Shown here: one piece after another, positions 44,225 to 54,742 of the stretch
Layout: the number at the start of each line of letters is the position of its first letter
Position numbering within the stretch: the stretch's first letter is position 1
IMG/VR virus record: IMGVR_UViG_3300032288_003197
Location: 8,340 to 72,339 of that record
Length of the DNA: 64,000 nt
Direction: 5' to 3' (one strand)
Source of the DNA: a virus
Position numbers and translations under genes: made by a program
Notes under the pieces: generated by a model
What the model saw: the letters and a program-made list of their open reading frames with translations, nothing else
Told to the model about the DNA's origin: nothing
Database searches by the model: none

Positions 44225-47200
44225 TCATCTCATGATTGGGAGTACTTCTACTTGGGTTCCGTATGTATAACCTTGTTGCGCCAGCCAGCGAGTTGCAACA
44301 CGATTTGCATCACCTTGACTGTTGCCCACACCACCAAATCGATACAGCTCGCGACCATTGTTGTCGACCACTTGCCACTCGCCTGTGAACCTGCCGCTGG
44401 CAGCAAGACCTTGATCTATTAGACTGCCAGGATCTGAACTTTGCTGTGTGCTCGGAGTCTGCGTAGCCAGTGGAATATCAAGTTCAACGTCAGTGACTCC
44501 CGGTATAGGCACAGATTGATATTGAGCTGCTCGTTGACGTTGTAGGTCTAGAGTGGATCCAGGAACAGGTGGTTGTCCTAATCGTTGGCCGGGATCATAT
44601 CTCAGTTGCCATTCTCCAGGATTCTCACGGCTCCATTGCAGCAACACTGTGTCGGCATCGCCGGCATCTGCTGCCATGAAACGATAGGCGATTGGATCGT
44701 CCACAGAGGCACGGTTTCTCACTATAACATAGGAGCCATCAGGATTGCTGGGACGACCGTTCACAGTCGGTCCTGCACTTTTCGGTGCGGATCCTTGATA
44801 TGGGCGAAGCGGTTTTGCTCGTAGAGATTGCGCAGCCTGACTCATTGGATGAATTCCCCACTCTCGTACCGCAGCAGCAATGGCTTCTTGCGCATTGCTG
44901 GCCACAACTTCTATGCTGCGAGTGTTTTCCCATTCCACATTCCACCACATGGCACCAGTTTGTTTGCCCTTGGCCACACTGCGTTGCAACTGTGCTTGGC
45001 GCACAAAACTCTTCAAGGCCTGCTGAGGCAAATCACCAACTGCATATTTTGTAAAGTATTGTATTGTGTCTGTATCTGCTGAATCTTTTGACAACAACTT
45101 GTACAGCTTTTTTTGATATTCTTCTCGATATGCTTCAGGATCCAGGGCCGCGCTCATGGCCACTGTAAATCTCAACAATGTGTTTTCAATTTGATCAAAG
45201 TTTTCGTTGAGCCAATCACCACCTGGTGAGCGAAATTCTATCCAGCCCTCTTTGGTGTTGATACTGGTGTATTTTCCTGTTTCACCTGAATGTATGGCCT
45301 TGGATGCCAAGTCCTCCATGTGTCCGCGCATTTTGTTCAGCAGCGATTGTGCAGCATTAGGATCCTGTTTTACTCTGTCTTTGACAATTTTCAAAGCAGA
45401 TTCACAATAGGAGTTGCTGGATCTGCCAAATGTGTCCAGTACATATTGATCGCCCATGAGCAAGGCCAGTTTAACAAAGTCTAATCGGTCCTGAGAATAT
45501 CCCGGCACCGAAATGTTGATGTGTAAACCTGTGCTGCTATTGGTGTAACAACCACGACTCGTGGCCCAGGCCTTGACTTTGTTAAGATCACTCAGCATTT
45601 GATCAATGGGCAAGGGCGGAGATACAAATTCTAGACCGGCATCGTTGTGGTCGTCGGCTTCAATACTGCCATCAGGCTCTACCACATAGTGTCCGGCTTC
45701 TCTGCGACCTTGACTATAGCTAGAGCTGGTATTGACAGGACGACCGATGGCCGCTTCAAAATCGTCACCAACGCTGTCTATAGCAGTATTGGTTTCTGGA
45801 TATACCCAGTGCGGCCAGTTAACATCATAGTTACGGAGAACATCACGCATGGTTTCAATACCTTCTGACTCCAACCACTCTGATTCCAGGGCCGCATTTT
45901 CATTAAATTCTTCGCTCCATTCTTCATAGGCAGCATCCATGTCGCTGCTGCCCACACCGTCAAGGGCTGCGTCGTGTTTTTCTTGAACCAATTCTTCAAT
46001 CTTGGATCTGAGTTCTTCATCGTTGACGCCAAACTCAGGAGCACTGTCTAGAATTTGTTGTTCGGCTTCTTGGCGCCATTCATCTTCGTAGGTTCGCCAA
46101 AGCCAGTCACGAACATAATCATCAACGTCTTCTTTCCACTGTTGCTCTCTCCGCTCTTCCAACCACTCATAATATTGATTGGTCATTTCTTCCCGCAAGT
46201 CGGCAATCTCTCTACCACCGTTGTATTCGCCGTCATCAAAGAATCGAACTGCATCTTCAATGTCACCTACTGATTCGTTGTAATTCCAATCGGGCTCTGG
46301 GTCGACGCTGCCTACGCCATCGCCATTATCAATATCTACGTTGGGCACAACCATTTCAAATTCCATGCCCGCACGTGCACCGGTTTTTGCAGCTTCTTGA
46401 CGCAGATTGCTGGGACTCATTCGAATCTCGCCCAGCACTTCATCTTCTAATAGTTCAAACTCTCTACGCAGGCTTTCCACCAGATCATCTTCTTCGTCTA
46501 CATTGTACGTGGGATCTGTCTTGATCTTACGCATGCCTGCAGGTTGCTGGGGATCCTTGGGGTCAATGTCTGTGACGTCAAGTCCTGTGGCTTTGAGATC
46601 TTTGATAAATTTGTGTTCGGTTTCTTCGTCGCCGAAGCTTATGATAGCACTGGGCGGTCCCTTGCCAAAATCATGTTTGCCCAGGCCTTTCATGTTGCTG
46701 ATATGCTGTCCCAACTTATACCAATCATACACATCACTCACATCCACTCGCACAGTGCCTGCAGGCATGGTAGGCGGAGTCTCAGGACCCAGGGGCTGAT
46801 TCAGTTCGCGATACTGGCCGGGACCTTGGCTGGGCTGTGGCATACGACCTTCGCGTAGGTTCACAGTTTTCATAAGCAACGCAGGTTTACCTTGACTGTC
46901 GGTGTCCAAGGCCAGCTTGTTGGCTTCCCGGCCAACTTGACCTGGTTTGATGTCCACAGTCAGAGCCATTGAGTAACGTGGATCGCGAGCTTGTTTTTTG
47001 TTCTTGGGAATGTAGCCACTTGCACTTTCCTCTAGCGACACATCTCGAAACATTTCAGGGTGTTTGTCCGCCCAGTGACGCATGATTCTGCCGGCCATGG
47101 CATTGGCTTCATCTTCCCAGGGACTGCCTGTACCACCTGCATCGTCCGGCAAAGTTTGCAGTTCGTTTTGTCGGCAATGAGTGAGCTCATGTGCCATGGT

Positions 47201-48331
47201 TCTCAGGATGTCCAACACATGACGTCCGCTGGTGGCTAGATGCAATAAGTTGTTATCTGGATCAAATTGACCAAAGCTGCCGGTGCTTTCGCTCCAGTCT
47301 GTGTTGTGATGCAACACCATTTCGGGAGCGTTTTCAATATCTAAAAAGTCTATGCAATTGTCGAAAAATCTTGATAGAACAATGTCAATGTCATTTTCAG
47401 TGAGGAACATGGCAGTGGTGGGATTCACACCATCTGGTGATTCATCAACAGGTTCTTCCAGGATGCTCTTGGTACTGGGGTTGACACCATCTGGTGATTC
47501 TGAAAAGCGACTTTCGCCGCCACCACCGTCACCGCCGACCTCGCCGCTGTCACTGAAGCTGAAGCCGGGAGCCCAATAACCACCAAAGCCATATTTGACT
47601 TTTTTCTTTTTGTTTTTCTTTTTAGCTTCAGCCATGCTCAAGTCTCGATCTCGAGCAGCAGTCACGGCGTCTTTCAGCAACTTGATGCAACCACTGTTTC
47701 TCAACAGTTTGAAAGCAATGTTTTCGCAACCAAACTCACCGTGTTGAGCCAGGCCAGCTTGACGCATCTGTTTGATCTTTTGCCACAGTGCGTTGATAAC
47801 AGTCTCGTCGCCTTGCTTGACTGCATCATGAATTCGTGCGTCAAGGTCAGCCACTTTGTCACGCACACAGGCATCATCTATCTTGGCACGTCTGCGACGA
47901 GGAACTGAGATCCACTTGCGGTCTTTTACGGAATAGATGCCTTGACTGTGATGCGGTTGATCAGCGGGTTGCACATACAACTCAACGTCAGCACCACCAA
48001 TGGTTATGTTGTGCTCGTTGTTGTACTGATATTTCTTGGCCGTGAACAGTTCTTGATACACCGGATCCGACGGCATTTGCACCACAAGGTGCAAATCAAT
48101 GTCAGAATTGGGAGTGTAACTGTAGGCTGCGTTTGAGCCTGAAAGTGTGATGTCTTGGATGTCAAGATTTTCTACACCCAAAAATTCTTGGAAATCAGCA
48201 GCGATGGCCAAGAGTTTTTCACGCACTTGCGGCAACAAGTGTTCGTCACGACCCCAGAGCTTGGGGTTGAGACGATTGTGAAATTTTACCGCATCGGCAA
48301 GATTATAAGAGTCCAGTTCTAGAATGTTCAT
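44225..48331 (-). CDS. multidomain protein: Pol-beta nucleotidyltransferase + HExxH zincin + amidoligase (COOH-NH2 ligase)
   Basis: GSNA ... SDIDLH; MAHELTH; GMEFEM ... EPDGSI ... LEFVSPP ... STGLHINIS ... KYTSIN ... IEFRSPG. Confidence 0.75.
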   Translation of the reverse strand: MNILELDSYNLADAVKFHNRLNPKLWGRDEHLLPQVREKLLAIAADFQEFLGVENLDIQDITLSGSNAAYSYTPNSDIDLHLVVQMPSDPVYQELFTAKKYQYNNEHNITIGGADVELYVQPADQPHHSQGIYSVKDRKWISVPRRRRAKIDDACVRDKVADLDARIHDAVKQGDETVINALWQKIKQMRQAGLAQHGEFGCENIAFKLLRNSGCIKLLKDAVTAARDRDLSMAEAKKKNKKKKVKYGFGGYWAPGFSFSDSGEVGGDGGGGESRFSESPDGVNPSTKSILEEPVDESPDGVNPTTAMFLTENDIDIVLSRFFDNCIDFLDIENAPEMVLHHNTDWSESTGSFGQFDPDNNLLHLATSGRHVLDILRTMAHELTHCRQNELQTLPDDAGGTGSPWEDEANAMAGRIMRHWADKHPEMFRDVSLEESASGYIPKNKKQARDPRYSMALTVDIKPGQVGREANKLALDTDSQGKPALLMKTVNLREGRMPQPSQGPGQYRELNQPLGPETPPTMPAGTVRVDVSDVYDWYKLGQHISNMKGLGKHDFGKGPPSAIISFGDEETEHKFIKDLKATGLDVTDIDPKDPQQPAGMRKIKTDPTYNVDEEDDLVESLRREFELLEDEVLGEIRMSPSNLRQEAAKTGARAGMEFEMVVPNVDIDNGDGVGSVDPEPDWNYNESVGDIEDAVRFFDDGEYNGGREIADLREEMTNQYYEWLEERREQQWKEDVDDYVRDWLWRTYEDEWRQEAEQQILDSAPEFGVNDEELRSKIEELVQEKHDAALDGVGSSDMDAAYEEWSEEFNENAALESEWLESEGIETMRDVLRNYDVNWPHWVYPETNTAIDSVGDDFEAAIGRPVNTSSSYSQGRREAGHYVVEPDGSIEADDHNDAGLEFVSPPLPIDQMLSDLNKVKAWATSRGCYTNSSTGLHINISVPGYSQDRLDFVKLALLMGDQYVLDTFGRSSNSYCESALKIVKDRVKQDPNAAQSLLNKMRGHMEDLASKAIHSGETGKYTSINTKEGWIEFRSPGGDWLNENFDQIENTLLRFTVAMSAALDPEAYREEYQKKLYKLLSKDSADTDTIQYFTKYAVGDLPQQALKSFVRQAQLQRSVAKGKQTGAMWWNVEWENTRSIEVVASNAQEAIAAAVREWGIHPMSQAAQSLRAKPLRPYQGSAPKSAGPTVNGRPSNPDGSYVIVRNRASVDDPIAYRFMAADAGDADTVLLQWSRENPGEWQLRYDPGQRLGQPPVPGSTLDLQRQRAAQYQSVPIPGVTDVELDIPLATQTPSTQQSSDPGSLIDQGLAASGRFTGEWQVVDNNGRELYRFGGVGNSQGDANRVATRWLAQQGYTYGTQVEVLPIMR

Positions 48332-48348
48332 TGAACTCTTATTTATTG

Positions 48349-49230
48349 TTAATCGCCGTTGGCTGCTTTCTTGGGTTTCTTCCGGCTGGCAGCAATCACC
48401 TTGCTCTCAGGTTCGGCCACTGGTTCAGGAGCTGCAGGTGCAGGTGCAGGTTCAAATACTGCTTTGAGATCACGGTACACTTGTTCTTGTGCATTGCCGT
48501 CAAATGTGTAGGTGCCAGTATGGCGCAACAACACACGTTTATCCACCCAGACTTGACCGCCTAGATCACGCCAGTTTTCACAGAATGTCCAGTCTTCACT
48601 GTAGTAGCGGCCTTCGCGCACAGCAGTGTCAAAGTAGGTTTTCATGTACTGGTCAAGTTCACGTGGCAAACCAATGTCATTGGCAAAAGTACGCACAGCA
48701 GGGTGAGCATTCAACTTGTCAAATACATCACGCTTGATCAACAAGAATCCTGTGCCAGTTTTTGATACTTCAATCAAGGGCGAATTAGGATCTTCCACCA
48801 CACCAGGAATGCCGTTCACACACCATTTCACTGGCAGACTCTTCATGGGGTACAAACCGCCTATGACGTCTTTTTGTGCATCCAACATCACCAGTAAATG
48901 CCAGGGCTCCCAGCCAATGTCTGCGTCAATAAACATCAAGTGTGTGCTGTCTTTGTTGTGCAAGAACTTGGCAGTAAGCGTGTTTCTAGCACGACTAATC
49001 AAGCTCTCGTTGGTCATGGTTTCTACAGTCCAATCCAGGCCCAGTTGTCTAGCAGTATTGCTCCACTTGATGTAACTCATGAATGTTGATTCAGTGAGTT
49101 GTCCACCGTAACATGGCATACAGATGTGAACTCGAGTGGTTCTCAAATAGTCAATGTTGACTTGAATGTTTTGTTGATTTGTTTGCGCAGGATTGGTGGG
49201 CGCAGTTGTTGTGGGTTGGGCGTCAGCCAT
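48349..49230 (-). CDS. GT-A glycosyltransferase-like protein
   Basis: HICMPCYG, ISRARN, LMFIDADI, SEDWTFC. Confidence 0.7.
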   Translation of the reverse strand: MADAQPTTTAPTNPAQTNQQNIQVNIDYLRTTRVHICMPCYGGQLTESTFMSYIKWSNTARQLGLDWTVETMTNESLISRARNTLTAKFLHNKDSTHLMFIDADIGWEPWHLLVMLDAQKDVIGGLYPMKSLPVKWCVNGIPGVVEDPNSPLIEVSKTGTGFLLIKRDVFDKLNAHPAVRTFANDIGLPRELDQYMKTYFDTAVREGRYYSEDWTFCENWRDLGGQVWVDKRVLLRHTGTYTFDGNAQEQVYRDLKAVFEPAPAPAAPEPVAEPESKVIAASRKKPKKAANGD

Positions 49231-49293
49231 GTTTACTCCATAAAAGTTGTGTATTATTTACAGAGTATAACACCCCAGCTGAATTTTTTCTAG

Positions 49294-49863
49294 TTATTTC
49301 CGGCCAATAACCATGAAACGACTGTATTCAGTTTCGGGATCTTCTAGATCTAGACTGCCTGAATACAGCACTTGACTCAAGGGAAATTGTTGTTCGATGT
49401 CTTGGGCACCGCGAAATTTGGCACCAGGGTCTTGGTCTCGGGCCTGCAAGGCCACCAAGGTTCCCGGAGGAATATTATCAAACCATGCACGACCTGGCAT
49501 GTCTGTAAGACTGGTGTTGACCACAGCGCCCTTGCGATCCAGCTGTCTGTAGTCTATGTCATTGGCATCTTTCAGCATGAATTCAACGCGGGGTACTCCG
49601 TGCCGGCGCAGCATTTTTTCACTGGTTCGGACAAATTCTGGGTCAGTTTCCACGTTGATGATTTGATCTACTTGTAGATATCCTGACTTGTCAATCAGCA
49701 TGGCGAGATTGCCATACCATGCACCCAGCACATACATCACAGTGATATGCGGTTGTATTTTTGCCAGTTCACTGATCAGCCACAACTTACTGAACACCAG
49801 GTCGGGTGTGTAACTGCCTTCAAGACTGTAGCCCGAACTTTCGGTCAAGTCTGCGATTTTCAT
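49294..49863 (-). CDS. SAM-dependent methyltransferase-like protein
   Basis: VLGAWYG motif I, NVETD, VVNTS; start moved to MKIADLTES. Confidence 0.6.
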   Translation of the reverse strand: MKIADLTESSGYSLEGSYTPDLVFSKLWLISELAKIQPHITVMYVLGAWYGNLAMLIDKSGYLQVDQIINVETDPEFVRTSEKMLRRHGVPRVEFMLKDANDIDYRQLDRKGAVVNTSLTDMPGRAWFDNIPPGTLVALQARDQDPGAKFRGAQDIEQQFPLSQVLYSGSLDLEDPETEYSRFMVIGRK

Positions 49864-50747
49864 TTCTTTTTGCGTCCAGCGCAGTGAGCACGTTGACTGA
49901 AGCCTTGAGGGCGGGCACAGTTGATTGACTTTTTGTACTTCTGGCTCCACTTTTCTTCAACGTAGTCTTCGTCAATGGGCTGATTTTCACGCTGTTGATA
50001 TCCAGCCCACATACCGCCCACAGCCGGTGTGCCGGCCATTTGTCCCGACTCTTCATCCATGGGCTCACGATGCAGTCTTTGCTGTAGCTGACGAAACTGC
50101 GGAGTCAATTCTGGTCGCTGGCTTTCCAAGGTGGCTGCCCAGCCTTGATTTTCATCCACTGTGCTGCCAATCGCTGTGTCCAACATCTTGACCACCGTGG
50201 TAGCCAACTTAGGATTCTTTTGTGTGGCAGGATACAGGCTCATCACAAGAGCAGTCTTGCGCTTTTCATTCAATTGCGGCCAAGCAGTGCGAATCTCTGT
50301 GGCCGATGTCATACCAGGGCCAAACTCCACTGTGGGCAAGTAGGCCATGTAGGCGTGCCGATTAAATGATTCCAATCGATTGGCTCCCTCCAAGGGTTGC
50401 AAGTATGCTGGCTCACCATTCTTTTTGACTCCACCGGCCTGTGGTGGTTTGTCAGCGTCTTTTTCTGAACGCACAAAAATCAGTCGATCCGATTCGGGGT
50501 CAAAACTCTTGGTGATTTCTTCGGCTCTAAATGGTGACTTGACCTGTACAAAGTGTCCGGGTTCAACGCCGGCCAGTTGAGCCAGCTTTTCTTTTACAGC
50601 AAAGGGAAATGGTCTTGAACTGGTGTCATTTGTGGCTGCCACAAATACTTCAGCGTCGGGAAATGCTCGTTGAATGCTGTGATAAAGCGCCGCGTGTCCT
50701 GCGTGAAACGGGTGAAAGCCCCCGGGCATGATGACTACTGTACTCAT
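49860..50747 (-). CDS. HIGH-motif cytidyl/adenylyltransferase-like protein with a basic C-terminal peptide
   Basis: PGGFHPFHAGH, MTSATEIR. Confidence 0.75.
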   Translation of the reverse strand: MSTVVIMPGGFHPFHAGHAALYHSIQRAFPDAEVFVAATNDTSSRPFPFAVKEKLAQLAGVEPGHFVQVKSPFRAEEITKSFDPESDRLIFVRSEKDADKPPQAGGVKKNGEPAYLQPLEGANRLESFNRHAYMAYLPTVEFGPGMTSATEIRTAWPQLNEKRKTALVMSLYPATQKNPKLATTVVKMLDTAIGSTVDENQGWAATLESQRPELTPQFRQLQQRLHREPMDEESGQMAGTPAVGGMWAGYQQRENQPIDEDYVEEKWSQKYKKSINCARPQGFSQRAHCAGRKKK

Positions 50748-50762
50748 AATGAGTATTTAGCG

Positions 50763-51206
50763 TCACATGTTTTCTAGGAACCAAAGGTATATGGGAGTGG
50801 TAAACTTGAATTTTACAGCACCGTTGCAGCCCATGAATCCGTAAAATTTATGATCTGCTGATGACTGTGAGCCGTTGAAATCATGAGTGTACGTGGCCAG
50901 CTGCTGAAATAGATGGTTGATATCTATTTCATCCATGTTCAAGTTTGTCACACTCAACATGGCGTCCGACAGTATTTCACCAGCTTCGTTGATTTTGGTA
51001 TGTTCGGGTAATTTTCCAAACATTTCAAATGCCAATTCGTGTTCGCCATCATCGTCTGAAAAATCATGCTGTATCTCTGTTTCACTGCTTACGTGAGCAT
51101 TTTCGTATATCACTGCGCCGTTGAAATGAATACGCAATCCCAAGGGCACAGCAAAGTCAGTGGATCCCACAGTGAGTTTTAGCGTAATTTTTTCGGAGGT
51201 TGACAT
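50763..51206 (-). CDS. hypothetical protein
   Basis: GAGGA SD; ORF. Confidence 0.7.
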   Translation of the reverse strand: MSTSEKITLKLTVGSTDFAVPLGLRIHFNGAVIYENAHVSSETEIQHDFSDDDGEHELAFEMFGKLPEHTKINEAGEILSDAMLSVTNLNMDEIDINHLFQQLATYTHDFNGSQSSADHKFYGFMGCNGAVKFKFTTPIYLWFLENM

Positions 51207-51216
51207 TCTTGATTCC

Positions 51217-51582
51217 TCAGTACGTAATAGTTACTTGATTGATGGTACCACCTGAAAAACCCTCCACTCTCACTCGCATCCAAGTAAAGTTTCCAGTCAC
51301 TGTTTCGGGGTGATAATCCGTGAGTGGGGTAGTGGAGCCATCGCCGTACACAAAAGTGGTGAACCAAGTGGCCGAATCTGCGTCAGAATCCAAGGTGGCT
51401 TCCAGGGTCATGACACCTTCAAAGCCCGTGACCGAAAACAACACAGTCTGAACTCCGCCTTGACCACGATAGTAATTTGATGCCAGGCGGGCATCACTTA
51501 TCCAATCTTGACTTGACCCGTCGTAGTTGCCCGAAGGTGTTCCGTACACAGTGGTATCAAGAATGGTGTACGTTGTGGTCAT
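51217..51582 (-). CDS. hypothetical beta-rich (probably structural) protein
   Basis: Thr/Gly-rich ORF. Confidence 0.7.
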   Translation of the reverse strand: MTTTYTILDTTVYGTPSGNYDGSSQDWISDARLASNYYRGQGGVQTVLFSVTGFEGVMTLEATLDSDADSATWFTTFVYGDGSTTPLTDYHPETVTGNFTWMRVRVEGFSGGTINQVTITY

Positions 51583-51746
51583 TATGCTCGTTCCGCTTCC
51601 ACAACCACGCCAGCCCCGGCTAGTTCTTCGGCCACTGATTGCAGTGCAGCCACAATATCAGATGTGGCAATCTCGCCGCCCTGATCGCTGTCTTTGACCA
51701 ATTTTGATAGTTTGATCACAACTATTTCTTCGTGAATTTTTGCCAT
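51582..51746 (-). CDS. small hypothetical protein (54 aa, below the ORF-track cutoff)
   Basis: MAKIHEEIVVIKLSKLVKD ... VVVEAERA; TAAATA upstream; stop overlaps the next start. Confidence 0.7.
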   Translation of the reverse strand: MAKIHEEIVVIKLSKLVKDSDQGGEIATSDIVAALQSVAEELAGAGVVVEAERA

Positions 51747-51752
51747 AGTCAA

Positions 51753-52412
51753 TTATTTAGCACGGCCCACTATTGGCAGGGTCTTTCTTACTACCCCGGG
51801 CACAACCATGCTGATCAATAGATCTGCGTTGGGCTCGTTGTGATCTACAAAGTTGTTAGAACCCAAATAAATGCGCTTGCTGTTTACAAATCTTTCAAAC
51901 CCCGGACTCAATCTGAATTGATCAGATCTTGTAGAAAAGTATTTGCGCAGTGATTCGATTTCATCTTGACTGATCCAGCGTTCTCGAAAGTAGGTTCTGA
52001 AACAGTGTTGAGGATCAACCAACGTGACAGCATTGGGCATGAGAGTCAGTGAAGCTTGATCAATTTTTTTGATTTTTCCAGTGGGCATGGACTCTAGATC
52101 TTGAAAATCTTCCGGGTGATTGGTATACAACCACATGCAGTGCCCCGAAACTGTTTTCTTAAATGGTCGGGTGCGAGACTGTAAAAAGTCACATACCCGG
52201 TGCAAAATGTCCTGTGTTGTCTGATCAATGTGTGAAGGGGCCGCCAGGTGGCGGCTATGCCAACTGTTTCTATAACGTATGGCTGTGTTGATTTTTGCAT
52301 GATCTAATTCACGCAAAAAACTAGCATGCGGCAAATCAAACTGAACTGCATACTGCCACTGGCCAAAGTACAATTCACTGCGGGCCACCTCACGGATCTT
52401 GGAATCAAACAT
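51753..52412 (-). CDS. hypothetical protein
   Basis: Coupled to clpA. Confidence 0.7.
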   Translation of the reverse strand: MFDSKIREVARSELYFGQWQYAVQFDLPHASFLRELDHAKINTAIRYRNSWHSRHLAAPSHIDQTTQDILHRVCDFLQSRTRPFKKTVSGHCMWLYTNHPEDFQDLESMPTGKIKKIDQASLTLMPNAVTLVDPQHCFRTYFRERWISQDEIESLRKYFSTRSDQFRLSPGFERFVNSKRIYLGSNNFVDHNEPNADLLISMVVPGVVRKTLPIVGRAK

Positions 52413-54672
52413 CCGCTACCTTTATGATACCATTCTCTGAGACACCAATGTTGGATCTAGGAACCACATCAAATTCAACTTGGTCATCCAGCATGTTCAC
52501 TGTGATGTCACAATCAGTGAGTCGATCAAACAAGATCTTCTTTGACAGCGGCACACGAATCAGCTGGTCGATTTTGCGCGACAGCGGTCTTGCACCCATT
52601 TTGGGATCGTAGCCTCGGTCGGCCAGCATGTCCACAACTGCTTCACTCAAGTTGAGTCGAATGCCTTTGGCACTCAAGCTGGTCTTGAGTTCGTCCACGA
52701 ATTTAACAACAACTTTCTTGATGGCCAAAGTATCCAACTTGTTGAACTTGACAATTTGATCAATACGATTGCGCAGTTCAGGTTTGAAGAACTCCTTGAC
52801 TGCTTTGTCATCTTCGCCGGTCTTTTCAAAGTTGCCAAAGCCAATGTTGTTGGCTTCACTGTCTCGTGCACCTAGATTTGACGTCATAATGATGATGCAG
52901 TTTTTGCAGTTGGCTTTTTTGCCATTGCTGCTGGTGATAACACCTTCGTCCAACATCTGCAGCAGGATATTGGTGACATCGGGGTGTGCTTTTTCAATCT
53001 CATCAAACAAGATAACACTGAACGGATTTTTAGTAAGATCAGAGATCAGTTTGCCACCGCCTACGTTGCCATCCTCAAAGCCCACATAGCCCGGAGGAGC
53101 ACCAATCAAACTACTCACTGAATGACGCTCTTGATATTCACTCATGTCATATTTGAGCAGCTTCATATCCAAGTTGTCACTCAGCAGTCGTGCCAGTTCA
53201 GTTTTACCTGTACCGGTTGGACCCAAGAACAAGAAGCTGGCCATGGGCCGTTTGTCATTGGCAATGCCGGCAAAGTTGATGTACACCCGCTCCAGCACAC
53301 TATCCACTGCTGAGTCTTGTCCGTACAACTTCTGCTTGATGTTGCCTTCCAGCTCCATGATCTTGGCACTACGCTCGTTTTGCAGTTTGTCTGTGGGCAC
53401 GCCTGTCACACGAGTCAGCTGTTCTTCGATCATGCTTTTGGTAACTGTTACCAAGCCAGCATCTTTCACACGCTCACGAGCACAGGCTGCATCAATCAAG
53501 TCAATGCTTTTGTCAGGATTCTTTTTATCGTGGATATAGCGATTTGCAAGTTCCACGGCACTGGTGATCGCCTCGGTTTCAATGAGTACATTATGAAACT
53601 GTTCGAGCCTAGGTGATAGGCCAATGAGGATTTGTTCAGTGGTCGACGCATCCGGTTCATCAATCGCCAAGCGATAGAAACGCCGCATGAGTGCGCGATC
53701 TTTCTCAAAACTTTCATAGAATTCTTCCCAGGTGGTGCTGGCCACAACTTTAAGACTGCCCTTGGTGATAGCTGGTTTCAACATGTTGGCAAAGTCCAGG
53801 CTGCTGTTGCTGCCTGCACCAGCACCCTTCATGGTGTGTGCTTCGTCCACAAACAAGATACAGTTCCGCTTGGCTTCCAGTGCAGCAATCACTGCCTTGA
53901 ACTTTTCTTCAAATTCGCCGCGGTACTTGCTTCCTGCCAACAGCGAGCCAATTTCCAAGCTCCATACTTCGTGTCCCTTTAAGAATTCGGGCACACGGTC
54001 AGCGGCAATCTCCTGCGCCAAGCCGTCAATGATGGCAGTTTTGCCTACACCAGGATCGCCTACCATGAGCACGTTGGCCTTGAAACGTCGAGCCAGCACA
54101 GTGATCATTTCTTCCAGTTCTTTGCTGCGACCAATTAGCGGCTCCAGTTGATTTTTGTTGGCTCGGGCAGTGAGATTTTCACAGTATTCATTCAAGATGT
54201 CGTCGGCTTGATCGGTGCTCATACCAGTGTCGGCAGCCGAAGTTTTGTAGGCCTTTTGCCAGTGATCCACAAACTCCTGTTTCTTCACACCGTATTTCAG
54301 CAAGAAGTAGTGTGCATGGCTGTTGGTTTCGGCCATGATTGACAGATACATGTCTATGGTTGTGACCAGTCTGCGGCCGGTAAACATCACCTGCACATGC
54401 ACACGATTGAAAATGCGCTCCAAGGCCACAGTGCGTCGTGGTTGGGCGTCGGTGCTGTTGGTCACAAGATGTACTTGACTCAACAAATACTGCTGGATCT
54501 CGTTTTCCATTTGGTCAACTTCTACACCAAAAGCATCCAGGCATTTTCTAAATGCTGGATAACGGATCATGCTCAACAGCAGGTGTTCAGTGGTGACATA
54601 CTCGTGTTTGAGATTTTGGGCCAGTTTGACTGCGTTGTCAACAATGTGTTTGATTTCGGGATTTTCTTGCAT
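52405..54672 (-). CDS. clpA: ATP-dependent Clp protease ATPase subunit
   Basis: Two AAA+ modules (GDPGVGKT, GPTGTGKT), YRGEFEE, GAPPGYVG, IGF loop, and no ClpB middle domain. Confidence 0.92.
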   Translation of the reverse strand: MQENPEIKHIVDNAVKLAQNLKHEYVTTEHLLLSMIRYPAFRKCLDAFGVEVDQMENEIQQYLLSQVHLVTNSTDAQPRRTVALERIFNRVHVQVMFTGRRLVTTIDMYLSIMAETNSHAHYFLLKYGVKKQEFVDHWQKAYKTSAADTGMSTDQADDILNEYCENLTARANKNQLEPLIGRSKELEEMITVLARRFKANVLMVGDPGVGKTAIIDGLAQEIAADRVPEFLKGHEVWSLEIGSLLAGSKYRGEFEEKFKAVIAALEAKRNCILFVDEAHTMKGAGAGSNSSLDFANMLKPAITKGSLKVVASTTWEEFYESFEKDRALMRRFYRLAIDEPDASTTEQILIGLSPRLEQFHNVLIETEAITSAVELANRYIHDKKNPDKSIDLIDAACARERVKDAGLVTVTKSMIEEQLTRVTGVPTDKLQNERSAKIMELEGNIKQKLYGQDSAVDSVLERVYINFAGIANDKRPMASFLFLGPTGTGKTELARLLSDNLDMKLLKYDMSEYQERHSVSSLIGAPPGYVGFEDGNVGGGKLISDLTKNPFSVILFDEIEKAHPDVTNILLQMLDEGVITSSNGKKANCKNCIIIMTSNLGARDSEANNIGFGNFEKTGEDDKAVKEFFKPELRNRIDQIVKFNKLDTLAIKKVVVKFVDELKTSLSAKGIRLNLSEAVVDMLADRGYDPKMGARPLSRKIDQLIRVPLSKKILFDRLTDCDITVNMLDDQVEFDVVPRSNIGVSENGIIKVADV

Positions 54673-54742
54673 AGAATTTGATCTAGGTTCCTATGGTTTA
54701 TTATATTACTTACTGCTTTGATAAGCAAGCATTCTGACACTA

